Assembly: GCA_963699545.1 (NCBI GenBank)
Contig: CAVOUE010000003.1
Location: 640,001 to 704,000 of the forward strand
Length of the DNA stretch: 64,000 nt
Direction: 5' to 3'
Source of the DNA: Nitrospirota bacterium
GTDB taxonomy: Bacteria; Nitrospirota; Thermodesulfovibrionia; Thermodesulfovibrionales; UBA9159
A model generated the notes under the pieces. That model saw only the letters and a program-made list of their open reading frames with translations. It was not told the DNA's origin and made no database searches. A program made the translations under genes and the position numbers. Positions 8,578 to 19,412 of the stretch are shown piece after piece. The number at the start of each line of letters is the position of its first letter. The first letter of the stretch is position 1.

Positions 8578-11211
8578 CTAATTCTTTGAGGCTGTTTTAT
8601 ACCGCTCCCTGATAAAGGCCAGCTCGTCTTCTCTGGTCTTCAGGTTTCCCCGCAGCCGCTCATCCAGGAGCGTCTCCAGCATCTCGGAATAGAGAGGGCC
8701 TGGCGTGATACCCATCTCCTTGATGTCTTGGCCCGTGCATAGGGGTTTGACCTTCCTCAGTTCAATGAGGTACCTGGAGATCTCCTTCTTCTTGCTATTA
8801 TCGGCGGCGACCGCCATGCCAAAGAGGATGGTCTCGATGTCGAGGGTGTGAAGGGCCTTATAGATCCTGGCGGGGTCGCGAAGCGGCAGCACCCTGACCA
8901 GTTCGCGGGAGTGCAGAATGCCCCTGCTGATCTTCTCCTTCATTTTGGAGGGCGTGGAAAGTCGTGCAAAGGCTGTTTCCCTCTCATCCGCGCTGAGGGT
9001 GGAGAGCAGCGCCATGAGGTATATGTCGCCCTTATCGGGCTTCTCCTCGAGGAAGAGAAGAGTACACCATGAGAGGGTATCGTGGATGGATTGAAGGGCT
9101 GATTCCAGTCTCTCGTCAAAAAGAAGGTGCGGGTGGATCATCTTCAGCAGGCCGTATTCGGAGAGCCTCTTTATGGCTTTCACCGGCTCCGTCTCACTGA
9201 AGGTGAGGAGCAATTCCTCATAGAGCCGTGAACCTGAGAGCTTGTCGAACAGGTTCATCCTGAGGGCTGATCTGATGAGGTTCTCCGTATGCTTGCTCAG
9301 TTTGAAACCGAACCTTTCGGAGAACCTCACTGCCCTGAAGGCCCTGGTGGGATCTTCAATGAAACTCAGGTTGTGGAGCACGCGGATGGTCTTTTCCCTC
9401 AGATCGCGCTGGCCCCCAAAAAAGTCAATGAGGAGGCCGAAGTCCCTGGGATTCAGCGCTACGGCAAGGGTGTTGATGGTAAAGTCCCGCCGGTAGAGGT
9501 CCTTCTTAATGGAAGAGGTTTCCACGGTGGGAAGAGCAGCGGGAGATTCATAATATTCGGTTCTCGCCGTTGCCACATCAAGCTTCAGGCGGTCCGTCAT
9601 GATCTGAGCTGTGCCGAATCTCTCGTGCGTCCTGACCCTGACCTCGAGCCTCCGTCCGAATTCCTTCGCGAATGCGATGCCGTCTCCCTCAATAACGATG
9701 TCGATGTCCAGGTTCTCCTGTCCCCGCAGGAGATCCCTCACCGAGCCGCCTACCAGATAAGCCCTGAACCCCAGGCCATCAGCCACTTCACCGGCAAGCT
9801 TGAGCATGTCGGAGACTGACGGAGGGAATTTTTCCCTGACCCAGGTCGCCAGGTTCCTTCCCATGGACGGCTTCTCCCCTGCGGGTAACTGTAATCTGCT
9901 GCGCCTGAGCATATCTTCATAGAGGATCCTGAGGATGTCGGTCCTGGTGATGGCGCCCATGATCCTGTCGCCTTCCAGGACAGGCATGAAGCGCTGGTTC
10001 TGTTCTATCATCAGCCGTTCGATATCCCTCACCTGGGTGTCGTGACTGACCGTCTGCGCATCCGTGGTCGTGAAATCTGCCACGGTGCTTTTGCCGAAGC
10101 CATGGAATATGGCCTTCTCCACGATCTCCCTCGAAATGATCCCGCGGTATTTCCCGTCCCTGACCACAGGGAGAACGTTCACACCGTACCGCGTCATCAT
10201 GGATTCCGCATTCTTCACTGTGTCGCTCCAGGATATGGTGATGACCGGTGTGGTCATCACATCCCGGGCGTTCTTGCCATGACGGATGGATGACGTGATC
10301 AGTCTCTTCACCTCGTCTTCCACAACCTCCAGGGGGATCTCCTTTACGATGGCGGATGCCGCACCGGCATGACCACCCCCGCCGAACCTTTTCATCACCT
10401 CCGCCACGTCAAGCTCCGGGACCCTGCTTCTGCCCACCATCACGATCTTCCCCTGCATGCCGAGAAGGAGTACAAGGGCGTCAGTGTCTTCCATATCCAT
10501 GATCCGGTGGGCGAAGTGTGCTGCATCTCCCACATAATCCTCCCTGGATGCCTTTACGATCTTCGTCCGTATGCCGTCAATCTCCATATCGGCGGATGAC
10601 TTCAGGAATTCGTTGAGCAGATCAAGTTCCTCCTTGCTCAACTCGGTCTTGAGGAAACTGGACACGATCTTCAGGCTCGCTCCCCTCTTGAGGAGGGATG
10701 CAATGGCAAGGATGTCCCGTTCAGTGGTGGAGGGGAAGAGGAGAGAACCTGTCTCTTCATAGATCCCGAGACAGAGGATGGTCGCCTCCATAGGGGTTAT
10801 GGGGATCTTCCTTGATCTCAGTATCTCGGCAAATATCGTTGCTGTGGCGCCCACATCCTCGATCACCTCGACGGAACCGCGGATATCCCCCTTTGTCCGG
10901 GGATGGTGGTCATAGATGTGGACCGCCGGACCGCCGGGCTTCGACACAAGCTCAGCAAAGGGGCCGATCCTTTCGGGGGACTTGGTGTCAACGATGATAA
11001 GCCTTTTCACCTTGAAGAGATCCACGTCCTTGCTGCGATGTATCTCCATGGGCCGGAAAGCGGTTATGAAATCCCGCACCTTTTTTTCCTGTGAACCCGG
11101 GAAGACAATCCAGGCATCGGGGTAAAGCTTCGCCGCTGCCATCATGGACGCGAGTGCGTCGAAATCAGCGTTGGTATGTGAGGTTAGTATGTCTTCACCG
11201 CCGCTCATCAC
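8578..11211 (-). CDS. DHH/DHHA1-CBS-tRNA nucleotidyltransferase (CCA/A-adding enzyme)
   Basis: HxNADFDA, DHH, GGGGH, CBS pair, VGGSVRDLL..DIDIV, DLYRRDFTIN, EDPTRAFRAVRF. Confidence 0.92.
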   Translation of the reverse strand: MMSGGEDILTSHTNADFDALASMMAAAKLYPDAWIVFPGSQEKKVRDFITAFRPMEIHRSKDVDLFKVKRLIIVDTKSPERIGPFAELVSKPGGPAVHIYDHHPRTKGDIRGSVEVIEDVGATATIFAEILRSRKIPITPMEATILCLGIYEETGSLLFPSTTERDILAIASLLKRGASLKIVSSFLKTELSKEELDLLNEFLKSSADMEIDGIRTKIVKASREDYVGDAAHFAHRIMDMEDTDALVLLLGMQGKIVMVGRSRVPELDVAEVMKRFGGGGHAGAASAIVKEIPLEVVEDEVKRLITSSIRHGKNARDVMTTPVITISWSDTVKNAESMMTRYGVNVLPVVRDGKYRGIISREIVEKAIFHGFGKSTVADFTTTDAQTVSHDTQVRDIERLMIEQNQRFMPVLEGDRIMGAITRTDILRILYEDMLRRSRLQLPAGEKPSMGRNLATWVREKFPPSVSDMLKLAGEVADGLGFRAYLVGGSVRDLLRGQENLDIDIVIEGDGIAFAKEFGRRLEVRVRTHERFGTAQIMTDRLKLDVATARTEYYESPAALPTVETSSIKKDLYRRDFTINTLAVALNPRDFGLLIDFFGGQRDLREKTIRVLHNLSFIEDPTRAFRAVRFSERFGFKLSKHTENLIRSALRMNLFDKLSGSRLYEELLLTFSETEPVKAIKRLSEYGLLKMIHPHLLFDERLESALQSIHDTLSWCTLLFLEEKPDKGDIYLMALLSTLSADERETAFARLSTPSKMKEKISRGILHSRELVRVLPLRDPARIYKALHTLDIETILFGMAVAADNSKKKEISRYLIELRKVKPLCTGQDIKEMGITPGPLYSEMLETLLDERLRGNLKTREDELAFIRERYKTASKN

Positions 11212-12611
11212 GGCTTATTGACCATCACCAGATTTCTTCCCGCGGTCTTTGCCCTGTAAAGGGCGGTATCGGCAAAGGATATGAGATCCCCCATACTCTT
11301 TATGCTCTTGCCCGGATATGCGGCGACCCCAATGCTTACGGTGAGGCTTCTCTTCCCCTTGAGATCGCGAAAGCGGTAATTCTCCACGTAGGTTCTCAAC
11401 GACTCGGCCTTCACGACGGCCCCGCTTTCAGTGGTCTGCGGCAGCAGCATGATAAATTCCTCGCCGCCGTACCGGGCAAGCACGTCGCTTTTCCTCGTAT
11501 GTTTCTTCAGCAGCTGGGTGAACTCCTTGAGGATGATGTCGCCGGTCCTGTGGCCGAACTTGTCGTTGACCCCCTTGAAGAGATCGATATCGAGCATCAG
11601 GCAACTCAGGGGAAGCTGGTGTCTCTGAGCACGGCTGAATTCTTCCTTGATACGGTGGTAGAAATACCTGATGTTGTATGCCCCCGTGAGGTAATCGGTT
11701 ATAGCAAGCTTTTCGAGGCGTGTCTTTTCATCCTCTATCTTTTCGAAGAGGAAGGCGTTGTCGAGGGCGTTTGCCGATGCATTGGCGACGGCATGGCAGA
11801 GCTTTATCTCGTGTTCGCTGAAGGCGCGACCGGCCCTTGACGTCCTGAGGAAAAGCGTCCCGATCACTTCATCGCGGAAGACTACGGGGATGACCACGAT
11901 GGAGCGGATGCCGAGAGGGGAAATGACGCCCCGCACCTTATCCATGACCGGGTCGGTTGTGGCGTCACGGATGACCACAGTCTTTTTCGAGTTCAGGGCC
12001 TTTCTTATCTCAGGGTAGTTGTCAAGGTCGAGTCTCATTCGCCCGAGTTTTGGGTTCTCGAAGGACGCTATCACGTCGGCGTAGTCCGCATTGTGGTCAA
12101 CGCGGATGATGGAGCATCTTGTCACCGGGATCACATCCGAGATTTTTTTGACGATGAGGTAGAGTATCGCCTGCGGGTCGAGGGTGGAGGTCACCACAGA
12201 GGTGAGATCAACGATCGTCTGGAGTTCGTCTGTCCTGTTCTTCAGGTGTTCGATGGTCCTCTTTCTCTCCAGGGCGAGTTTTATCTTAAAGTCGAGGTCT
12301 TCTTCCTGAAGGGGGCATATGAGATAATTCTCGACCCCATACCTGACAGCTTTCCTGATGCCTGTCTGGGGAGAGCCGGGGATGATTGCCAACAGGACGG
12401 GACAGTCCTCTGTCGACGGCCCGAGCTTCGAGACCGCATCAATGTCAACAATACAGACAGGGTCATTTTCTTTGCCTTGGGAGGCCCTTTTTTTAAGGGA
12501 GGCGATATCGTCCATGAATTCAGCTTTGAGGTTCTTTCTGCGCCTGAAGAAGGATTTTAGGAACCGTATTACCTCCTGATCAGTTCCATATACGAAGACC
12601 CGCTCTGTCAT
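11208..12611 (-). CDS. Diguanylate cyclase (degenerate receiver-like domain, GAF, GGDEF)
   Basis: GAF region; DIDxFKxVNDxFGHxxGD; RxxD I-site (RKSD) and GGEEF. Confidence 0.9.
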   Translation of the reverse strand: MTERVFVYGTDQEVIRFLKSFFRRRKNLKAEFMDDIASLKKRASQGKENDPVCIVDIDAVSKLGPSTEDCPVLLAIIPGSPQTGIRKAVRYGVENYLICPLQEEDLDFKIKLALERKRTIEHLKNRTDELQTIVDLTSVVTSTLDPQAILYLIVKKISDVIPVTRCSIIRVDHNADYADVIASFENPKLGRMRLDLDNYPEIRKALNSKKTVVIRDATTDPVMDKVRGVISPLGIRSIVVIPVVFRDEVIGTLFLRTSRAGRAFSEHEIKLCHAVANASANALDNAFLFEKIEDEKTRLEKLAITDYLTGAYNIRYFYHRIKEEFSRAQRHQLPLSCLMLDIDLFKGVNDKFGHRTGDIILKEFTQLLKKHTRKSDVLARYGGEEFIMLLPQTTESGAVVKAESLRTYVENYRFRDLKGKRSLTVSIGVAAYPGKSIKSMGDLISFADTALYRAKTAGRNLVMVNKP

Positions 12612-12634
12612 TCTCCCTCTCCGGCCCCCTTGGG

Positions 12635-14365
12635 CTATGCCCTCGATTTATCTAACCATTTTAGCAGATTTCTTGTGCTAAGTGTATTTATGACATCACC
12701 TTTTTCGAGCCATCCCCGCCTCCCGATGGACACCCCGTATATCATGAAATCGAATTGATTTATGACGTGGGTATCAGTATTTATCATAATGGGGATGTTC
12801 ATTTCCTTCGCTCGTCTTGCATACGTGTCGTTGATATCCAGTCTCAGGGGATACGCGTTTATCTCTATTGCCTTGCCCGTTTCCTTGGCCGCAGAGAAGA
12901 CCTTTTCCATATCCACTTCGTAAGCATCCCTTTCCCCAATCAACCTCCCTGTGGGATGGGCGATGACAGTCACATGGGGACTCTTTATGGCAGAGACGAG
13001 CCTTTTTGTGATCTGCTCCCTGCCCTGTCTGAACCCTGAATGGACAGAGGCCACAACAATGTCGAGCTTGCTCAGCACCTCGCCGGGCAGATCCAGCGTG
13101 CAGTCACTCCTGATATCGACCTCAGCACCCATCAACACCCTGAACCCTTTCAAGCGCCTGTTGAATGCCTTTATCTCTTTCAGCTCCTCAAGGATCCTTT
13201 CTTCGTTCAGTCCCCTTGCCACACCCAGTCCCTTTGTGTGGTCGGTGATCGCAATGTATTCGTACCCCCTTTCCCGCGCTGCCTCTACGAGTTCCTGCAG
13301 GGTGTGGCTGCCGTCACTGTGTTTTGTATGGACGTGGAGGTCCCCTCTTATATCCCCAAGCTCCAGGAGTTTCGGCAATCTGCCCTCCATGGCAGCTTCG
13401 ATCTCTCCGGTATCCTCCCGCAGTTCGGGAGGAATGTGAGGAAGGCCGAGGAGCCTGTAGACATCCTCCTCCTTCTCCCCGCCCAGTCTCCTGTCGTCCT
13501 TTTCCCTGAATATCCCATATTCATTGATCTTCATCCCTGCCTTCACCGCCATTTCTCTCAGTCGTATGTTGTGGGACTTGCTGCCGGTGAAATAGGCGAG
13601 GGCGGCGCCAAAGGACGCCTCGTCCACTACCCTCAGGTCCACCTGGATCCCCTCGGTGAGAACAATGCTGGATTTCGTAGGGCCATGCATCAGGATTTCC
13701 TTGACCATTGGGAGATGGACGAAGGCGCCCATCACCTTTTCCGGTTCGCCCGACGTGGCAAGGATATCGATATCCTTGACGGTCTCCTTCCATCTCCTGA
13801 GGCTTCCGGCAAGGGTCAGTTTCCCGACGCTGGCTTTCTTTCTCAACTGAGAGAGGATGTCCTGCGCGGTGGGCAGGACACGGCCGATGGGCAGCCGCTC
13901 TTTGCCCCTCTTGAGCGTTTCGATGCCCTTTAGGATATTTTCTTCTGTTTTTTCTTTGATGCCCGGAAGCCCTGAGAGCCGGTGCTCCAGGGCCAGGCGC
14001 TGGAGGTCGTCAATATCTTTTATCTGGAGCTTGTCGTGGAGGAGCTTTGCTGTTTTTGGCCCGAGACCGGGGACGGAGAGCAGCACGGTGAGACCTTCCG
14101 GCACCTCTTTTCTCAGTTCGTCGTAGGTCTCCATTTCCCCGGAATCGATATAGTGACGTATCTTGCCGGCAAGGTCTTTCCCGATCCCCGGTATGGCAAG
14201 GACTTCATCCTCAGTCATCTGTGCAACGTCCCTGGGAAGACCGTCGATGTTCTGTGCCGCCCTCCGGTATGCCCTGATCCTGAAGACATTCTCCCCCCTG
14301 ATCTCCAGGAGGTCAGCCATTTCGTTGAAGATACCGGCTATTTTCTGGTTGAGCATCGTTGCCAA
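12635..14365 (-). CDS. polX: DNA polymerase X / PHP 3'-5' exonuclease
   Basis: HhH motifs (IPGIGK, VPGLGPK), GSLRR..DIDIL, YFTGSKxHN, PHP HxHT..SDG and TDTH. Confidence 0.95.
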   Translation of the reverse strand: MATMLNQKIAGIFNEMADLLEIRGENVFRIRAYRRAAQNIDGLPRDVAQMTEDEVLAIPGIGKDLAGKIRHYIDSGEMETYDELRKEVPEGLTVLLSVPGLGPKTAKLLHDKLQIKDIDDLQRLALEHRLSGLPGIKEKTEENILKGIETLKRGKERLPIGRVLPTAQDILSQLRKKASVGKLTLAGSLRRWKETVKDIDILATSGEPEKVMGAFVHLPMVKEILMHGPTKSSIVLTEGIQVDLRVVDEASFGAALAYFTGSKSHNIRLREMAVKAGMKINEYGIFREKDDRRLGGEKEEDVYRLLGLPHIPPELREDTGEIEAAMEGRLPKLLELGDIRGDLHVHTKHSDGSHTLQELVEAARERGYEYIAITDHTKGLGVARGLNEERILEELKEIKAFNRRLKGFRVLMGAEVDIRSDCTLDLPGEVLSKLDIVVASVHSGFRQGREQITKRLVSAIKSPHVTVIAHPTGRLIGERDAYEVDMEKVFSAAKETGKAIEINAYPLRLDINDTYARRAKEMNIPIMINTDTHVINQFDFMIYGVSIGRRGWLEKGDVINTLSTRNLLKWLDKSRA

Positions 14366-14472
14366 CGAGCAGGGTTCGAGGATTCACGGGGGCCAGGGTT
14401 CCAGGGGGAAAACAAAGGGCGTCCTTTCGTCGGCTCTCTCACTTCGTCCCTCGGACCCTTGAACCCTGCGGT

Positions 14473-15219
14473 TTACTTTTTCAGCATTGCCATCAGTTCG
14501 AGGGCATTCTTGGGCGCATATCCGGAGGCATCGTTATTGAAGCAAACGAAGACATCCTTCCGCTGCTTCAGATACTTCCTGATCCGGGCGGAGTCAGACT
14601 TCAGTTCCTCGGTACTGTAGGACGTAGAATGACCGCCGCCCCTGCCGTGCCTCCTGATATAGACAAAATCAGAGGTGACGGGAAGATTATCCAGAAACTC
14701 CGGCCAGTCAGCCATGCAGAGACACACGTTCTCTTTCTCAAGGAGTGAGATCACTTTTCTTGATATCCATGTGCCTTCCCTGAACTCAAAGACATTCCGT
14801 GTATGGAAAGGCTTCAGAAGCTCGAGAAACTCGGCAAGTCTCCCCGTGTCAGCCTTCAACCCCGCCGGCAGCTGCCACAGGATCGCGCCCAGCTTCTCTT
14901 TCAGGACCTGAGCCCTCGAGAAGAACACTTCCACAGGTTCTGCCGAGGCCTTCAGTTTCTTCACATGAGTGATGAACTTGCTCCCCTTGAGGGAAAAAAT
15001 GAAGCCGGGCGGGGTCTCTTTATACCACTTGGTGAAGGTCTCTCTGTCAGGAAGTCCGTGGAAGGTTACGTTGAGTTCAACGGTGCGGAAGCGTGTGCAA
15101 TAGTATTCGAACCACCTTTTTCTTGGCAGCGTCTCGGGATAAAAGGTCCCTTTCCAGTGGTCATAAAGGAATCCACTACAACCTATATTGAGGAGTGGCA
15201 TACAGGTATATTGTATCAC
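14473..15219 (-). CDS. DUF72 family protein
   Basis: IGCSGF.Y..W..FYP, VELNxTF, LWQLP, YIRRHG, FNND. Confidence 0.9.
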   Translation of the reverse strand: MIQYTCMPLLNIGCSGFLYDHWKGTFYPETLPRKRWFEYYCTRFRTVELNVTFHGLPDRETFTKWYKETPPGFIFSLKGSKFITHVKKLKASAEPVEVFFSRAQVLKEKLGAILWQLPAGLKADTGRLAEFLELLKPFHTRNVFEFREGTWISRKVISLLEKENVCLCMADWPEFLDNLPVTSDFVYIRRHGRGGGHSTSYSTEELKSDSARIRKYLKQRKDVFVCFNNDASGYAPKNALELMAMLKK

Positions 15220-15273
15220 ATAGTCTAATTTGCTACTATGTTATTAATAGCCATACCGACAGGAGGGATTGAC

Positions 15274-16863
15274 ATGCAGACCGAGGCAGAAAAACACAAG
15301 AGGCAGAGACTTGGGGACATAGTGGTTCAGCAGGGGCTCATAAGCGGAAATCAGCTCAAGGAGGCGTTGAAACTGCAGTCCCAGTCTGGCGGACGCATCG
15401 GTTCGGTTCTCGTTGACATGGGGCTCCTTGATGTGAAGACGCTGCTTGAATTGCTCGGTAAGCAACTCAATGTTCCCACGGCAGATCTCAATACCCTGAC
15501 GATCGAGCCCTCCGTTCTCGGTGTGCTCCCCTTCGGCAAGATCAGAGGGTATCAGGTATTGCCCCTTGTTGTTGGCGACCGGAGCATCACCCTGGCCATG
15601 ATCGATCCGGGAAACCTTGCCGCCATAAACGATCTGGAATTCATTCTCGGCAAGACGATCCAGCCGGTCGTGGTTCCCTTCTTTCAGATGACGGCTGCGA
15701 TGAAGATCATCGAGGACAGGGGGGGCAGACTCGACGAACCTCTGAAGGGAGAGGAACTGAAGGTCGTGAAGAAACAGCAGCTCACGGCTGTTGATATTGG
15801 GGATGTGCGGCACCTTTTCCAAAAGCTTGTGGAGGAAGATGCATCAGACCTCCTTCTTGCCGCAGGGGTTGCGCCTTCCCTGAAGAAGGACAACGAGATA
15901 AAGAGGCTATCTTCTTCCTTTATGACACCGCAGCAGATCAGGACCTATGCAACCGAGCTGATGTCGGCGGAGCAGAAAGAGGAGTTCGAACGGAACAAGG
16001 AGATCGACTTCGCATATACCTTTCCGGATATCGGCCGCTTCAGGATAAACATTTACAAACAGCGGAATTCCGTTCCCATAGCGGCGCGGCGCATTGTGGA
16101 GATCGTTCCGAGTATGGACGAACTTGGGTTACCTCCGTGGATCCCGGATTTTGCGTTAAAGACCCAGGGACTCATCCTGGTGACAGGTCCTACGGGGCAC
16201 GGAAAAACAACAACGCTGGCGGCGATGGTGGATATTGTGAACACAAGGAGAAAGTGCAATATCATCACCATCGAAGACCCCGTGGAATATCTCCATAAGC
16301 ATAAGGCGAGCAATGTGAACCAGAGGGAAGTGGGGATCGATACTGACTCCTTCCAGGAGGGACTCACCCATATTTTCCGGCAGGCCCCTGACGTTATCGT
16401 CATCGGGGAAATGCGGGATCCGGAGAGTTTCGCCATAGCTCTGCAGGCCGCTGATACGGGACATCTTGTTATGAGCACTCTACATTCCAATACCGCCACG
16501 TCGACCGTCGACAGGATCATCGACGTATTCCCCCCCCAGAAGCAGCAGCAGATAAGGGTCCAGTTCGCAGAGAATTTCCTTCTCGTGTTCAACCAGAGAC
16601 TGGTGCCTCTGAAGAACGGGACAGGGAGGGTGCTTGCGTATGAAAAACTCATGAATACCTGGCGTGTGAGAAACATGATAAGAGAAGGGAAGACCCACCA
16701 GATAAGGAGTCAGATGCAGCAGGCAACGGATGATTTTCTCTCCATAGACCAGAGCCTTGCGAGACTCTGCACCGAAGGGAAGATCACCCCGGAAACAGGC
16801 ATGAAGTTCTGCGATAACCCGACGTACTTTCAGGACATTATAAGCAGGACAACGATGCGGTGA
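15274..16863 (+). CDS. PilT/PilU-type pilus ATPase with N-terminal MshEN/T2SSE_N domain
   Basis: N-terminal RLGxIxxxxGLIxxxxLxxALxxQ...RIGxxLxxxG; PilT-type core GPTGHGKTTT, TIEDPVEY, NQREVG, GEMRD, TGHLVMSTLH, MIREGKTHQI. Confidence 0.88.
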   Translation: MQTEAEKHKRQRLGDIVVQQGLISGNQLKEALKLQSQSGGRIGSVLVDMGLLDVKTLLELLGKQLNVPTADLNTLTIEPSVLGVLPFGKIRGYQVLPLVVGDRSITLAMIDPGNLAAINDLEFILGKTIQPVVVPFFQMTAAMKIIEDRGGRLDEPLKGEELKVVKKQQLTAVDIGDVRHLFQKLVEEDASDLLLAAGVAPSLKKDNEIKRLSSSFMTPQQIRTYATELMSAEQKEEFERNKEIDFAYTFPDIGRFRINIYKQRNSVPIAARRIVEIVPSMDELGLPPWIPDFALKTQGLILVTGPTGHGKTTTLAAMVDIVNTRRKCNIITIEDPVEYLHKHKASNVNQREVGIDTDSFQEGLTHIFRQAPDVIVIGEMRDPESFAIALQAADTGHLVMSTLHSNTATSTVDRIIDVFPPQKQQQIRVQFAENFLLVFNQRLVPLKNGTGRVLAYEKLMNTWRVRNMIREGKTHQIRSQMQQATDDFLSIDQSLARLCTEGKITPETGMKFCDNPTYFQDIISRTTMR

Positions 16864-16866
16864 TGT

Positions 16867-18129
16867 TCAGTCTCTGCCGGAGGCGTTCAGGAGATACCCG
16901 AACCTGTTCGTGAATTCGGCAGGGGTCATGTTCGCCGCCTTTGCGAGCTTCCTGAGATTCCCGGGGAAAAGATCCTCTTTTTCCAAGCGTATCATATACT
17001 GCCTCCCCACCGTGTAGGTCTCGGAAGTTATGTCAACAGTCCTCACCTTCACCTTTCCGGTGGAATGATCGATGGTCTCCACAAAGGGTACAGGGATCAG
17101 GCGGCCCTCGTACACCACGATCATCGCCCCCGTACCCCCTTTGAGAAGGTAGCTCACTGCGCCATAGCCGAGATTCCTGGTGTATTCCACATCAAAGGGG
17201 ATGGGGTTGGCTGCTCTTAGCTCATAGCCGATATTCTTGTCCACGATGGTGGCGGCGATGCCCAGAGACTCCAGGGTCTCTTTGACAAAATTCTTCATGA
17301 CCCTCCCCAACTGGATCTCGGAAAGCCTTATTCTGCCTGTTTCGTCCCTCTCCAGCTGCTCATGCCGGTTCAGTTCTTCATGGTCAAGCTTCTCAGCGAT
17401 CCCCTCCGCAAGGATCGCCACCCCGTGGTCCCTCTTCATGGCGAGTCTCTTGATGATGGAGCATGTAAGGATGTCGGCGACCTTCCGGAATGACAGCTTT
17501 TCTCCGCTGAATTCCTCTGGGATGAGGGTTATGGTCGCCCCTGACGCCTTCCCCATTCCCAGGGCCAGATGGCCGGTATACCTTCCCATGGTGGTGATGA
17601 AATACCACCTTCCGGTGGTCTTTGCATCTTCCATGATGTTCTCGGTGATCTCGACGCCCCAGTGTCGTGCCGTCTGAAATCCGAACGTGGATGCCCCGCC
17701 GGGCAGCGGGATGTCGTTGTCGATGGTCTTGGGAACGTGGACAACGCTTATGGACCCCCTTGCCTCCCTCTCGATCCAGTTTGCCATGAAAAGAGTGCCC
17801 TCGCCGCCGACGGTGATAAGACACTTTATGCCGGTCCCTTTCAGGGTGGACAGGAGGGTTTTGAACTTCTCCCTGGCCCTCTCGGGATATTCGCGGGAAG
17901 TCCTGAGAATGGAGCCTCCCTGCGTATGTATCCTTGAAACATCCTCTATAGAAAGGGGGATCACGCGGCTCCGGTCGCCGTCAAAAAGGGTCTTGAACCC
18001 GCCGCTGATCCCCACTACCCGCATCCGGTGAGACACGGCTTCAATGACCGCGGCACTGATGACGCCGTTGATCCCGGGAGCCGGACCTCCCCCCACGATA
18101 ATGCCTATTTTGCCCGCTGTTGTTGGCAC
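16867..18129 (-). CDS. 6-phosphofructokinase family protein (GGEGT motif, possibly ATP-type)
   Basis: GGGPAPGIN, GGEGT, PKTIDND, MGRYTGH, GYELR. Confidence 0.9.
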   Translation of the reverse strand: MPTTAGKIGIIVGGGPAPGINGVISAAVIEAVSHRMRVVGISGGFKTLFDGDRSRVIPLSIEDVSRIHTQGGSILRTSREYPERAREKFKTLLSTLKGTGIKCLITVGGEGTLFMANWIEREARGSISVVHVPKTIDNDIPLPGGASTFGFQTARHWGVEITENIMEDAKTTGRWYFITTMGRYTGHLALGMGKASGATITLIPEEFSGEKLSFRKVADILTCSIIKRLAMKRDHGVAILAEGIAEKLDHEELNRHEQLERDETGRIRLSEIQLGRVMKNFVKETLESLGIAATIVDKNIGYELRAANPIPFDVEYTRNLGYGAVSYLLKGGTGAMIVVYEGRLIPVPFVETIDHSTGKVKVRTVDITSETYTVGRQYMIRLEKEDLFPGNLRKLAKAANMTPAEFTNRFGYLLNASGRD

Positions 18130-18155
18130 GTCCCTGTCCCCTTCCGCGGTGTTTC

Positions 18156-19370
18156 CTACAGATGCCTGTCGATCACGCCCTTGACCTCGACCATCTCAAA
18201 ATCGAATTTCTGGGGCTTTCTGCCGAAACAGATGCCGAGGCTTTCGAACAGGGCGATCTCTCTGATATCCACCTCTCTCCGTTTTATGGCCTCGGATGTC
18301 GGCATATAGGATATCTTCTTACCCTCGACGCCGACCACAGTATTCCCGGACCTGCCCTCCAGGAGAAGGAGTACTGCTGCCGAGCCCGCCTTGTATCCGA
18401 AATTGACATCAAAGGCGGATGTTTGCCCGGAACGCACCAGGTGGCTGGGGATTATCTCCCTCACTTCGGGAATCTCATACACGCCAGGGGCGTACATCCC
18501 CACTCTCTTCATGAACTCCTTCACCCCAGGGTCCACCTTTAACCTTTTTTCAACCTGCTGCTTCACATATCTTCCTGCGCCTGCAAGCTTCTTATGCCCG
18601 AAGGCGTCCACTCCGGCTGACTCATCATAGAGCATTTCACCGTCGGCGGTCGTGATCCCCTCTGCAACGACCATCATATAGGTTCCGGCTTTTACATCGC
18701 TCCGTTCTATCCGGGCAAAGTAGGTGGACTTGATATGGTCGTAGACGACATCAAAGTCTACAGGGACTTCAGGTATCAGGATACAATCCGCCTCTGCGCC
18801 GATGCCGCCGCGCAGGGCGGTATGGCCCACGTACCTGCCGAAGACCTCCACAATCATGATCCGGTTATGGCTCATGCCCGTAGTTTTCAGGTCCCTCACC
18901 ATCACGGCTATCCTGTTGATCGCGGAATCGCCTCCCACGCTGTAAGGCTGAAGATCGAGATCCATGGTCTTGGGGGCGTGGACGCACGGAATTCCCCGGG
19001 AGCCGAGGTCCACTACAACGCTTCCCGTATCATCGCCGCCGCTGATGATCAGGCCATCTATGCCGAACTTCCTGAGCCCGTCCTTTATCCTCTGATAGGT
19101 GTTGGGATCGGATATCTTGCTGATCTTCACCCGCGAATGCCCGGCCTCGGAGCCCGCGAGGGACGCCTCGATGCGGCTCACCCGCTCAGCATTGAGCACC
19201 ACCACATCCTTCATATCAACGAGGTTATAAAGGCCTGCGTAGCCGTTGGGAATAACAACGGACTCTATCCCGTGGGCATATGCCTCCCTCGCAATGCCCT
19301 TGATCACCGCATTGAGCCCTCCGGCGTCTCCGCCGCTCGTGATAATACCGATTCTCTTAATCTCAGGCAT
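18156..19370 (-). CDS. 6-phosphofructokinase family protein (GGDDT motif, probably PPi-dependent)
   Basis: TSGGDAGGLN, GGDDT, PKTMDLD, EVFGR, ILIPE. Confidence 0.9.
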   Translation of the reverse strand: MPEIKRIGIITSGGDAGGLNAVIKGIAREAYAHGIESVVIPNGYAGLYNLVDMKDVVVLNAERVSRIEASLAGSEAGHSRVKISKISDPNTYQRIKDGLRKFGIDGLIISGGDDTGSVVVDLGSRGIPCVHAPKTMDLDLQPYSVGGDSAINRIAVMVRDLKTTGMSHNRIMIVEVFGRYVGHTALRGGIGAEADCILIPEVPVDFDVVYDHIKSTYFARIERSDVKAGTYMMVVAEGITTADGEMLYDESAGVDAFGHKKLAGAGRYVKQQVEKRLKVDPGVKEFMKRVGMYAPGVYEIPEVREIIPSHLVRSGQTSAFDVNFGYKAGSAAVLLLLEGRSGNTVVGVEGKKISYMPTSEAIKRREVDIREIALFESLGICFGRKPQKFDFEMVEVKGVIDRHL

Positions 19371-19412
19371 TATGTATCCCTCCTTAAGGTAATGGTAAGG
19401 CTGGTTCCTTCG

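Noticed and set aside
14390-14470. Imperfect inverted repeat of GGTTCGAG/GAACCC-type 8-mers (similar tract near 8250-8275)
   Set aside because: Low-complexity intergenic repeat with no evidence of specific function
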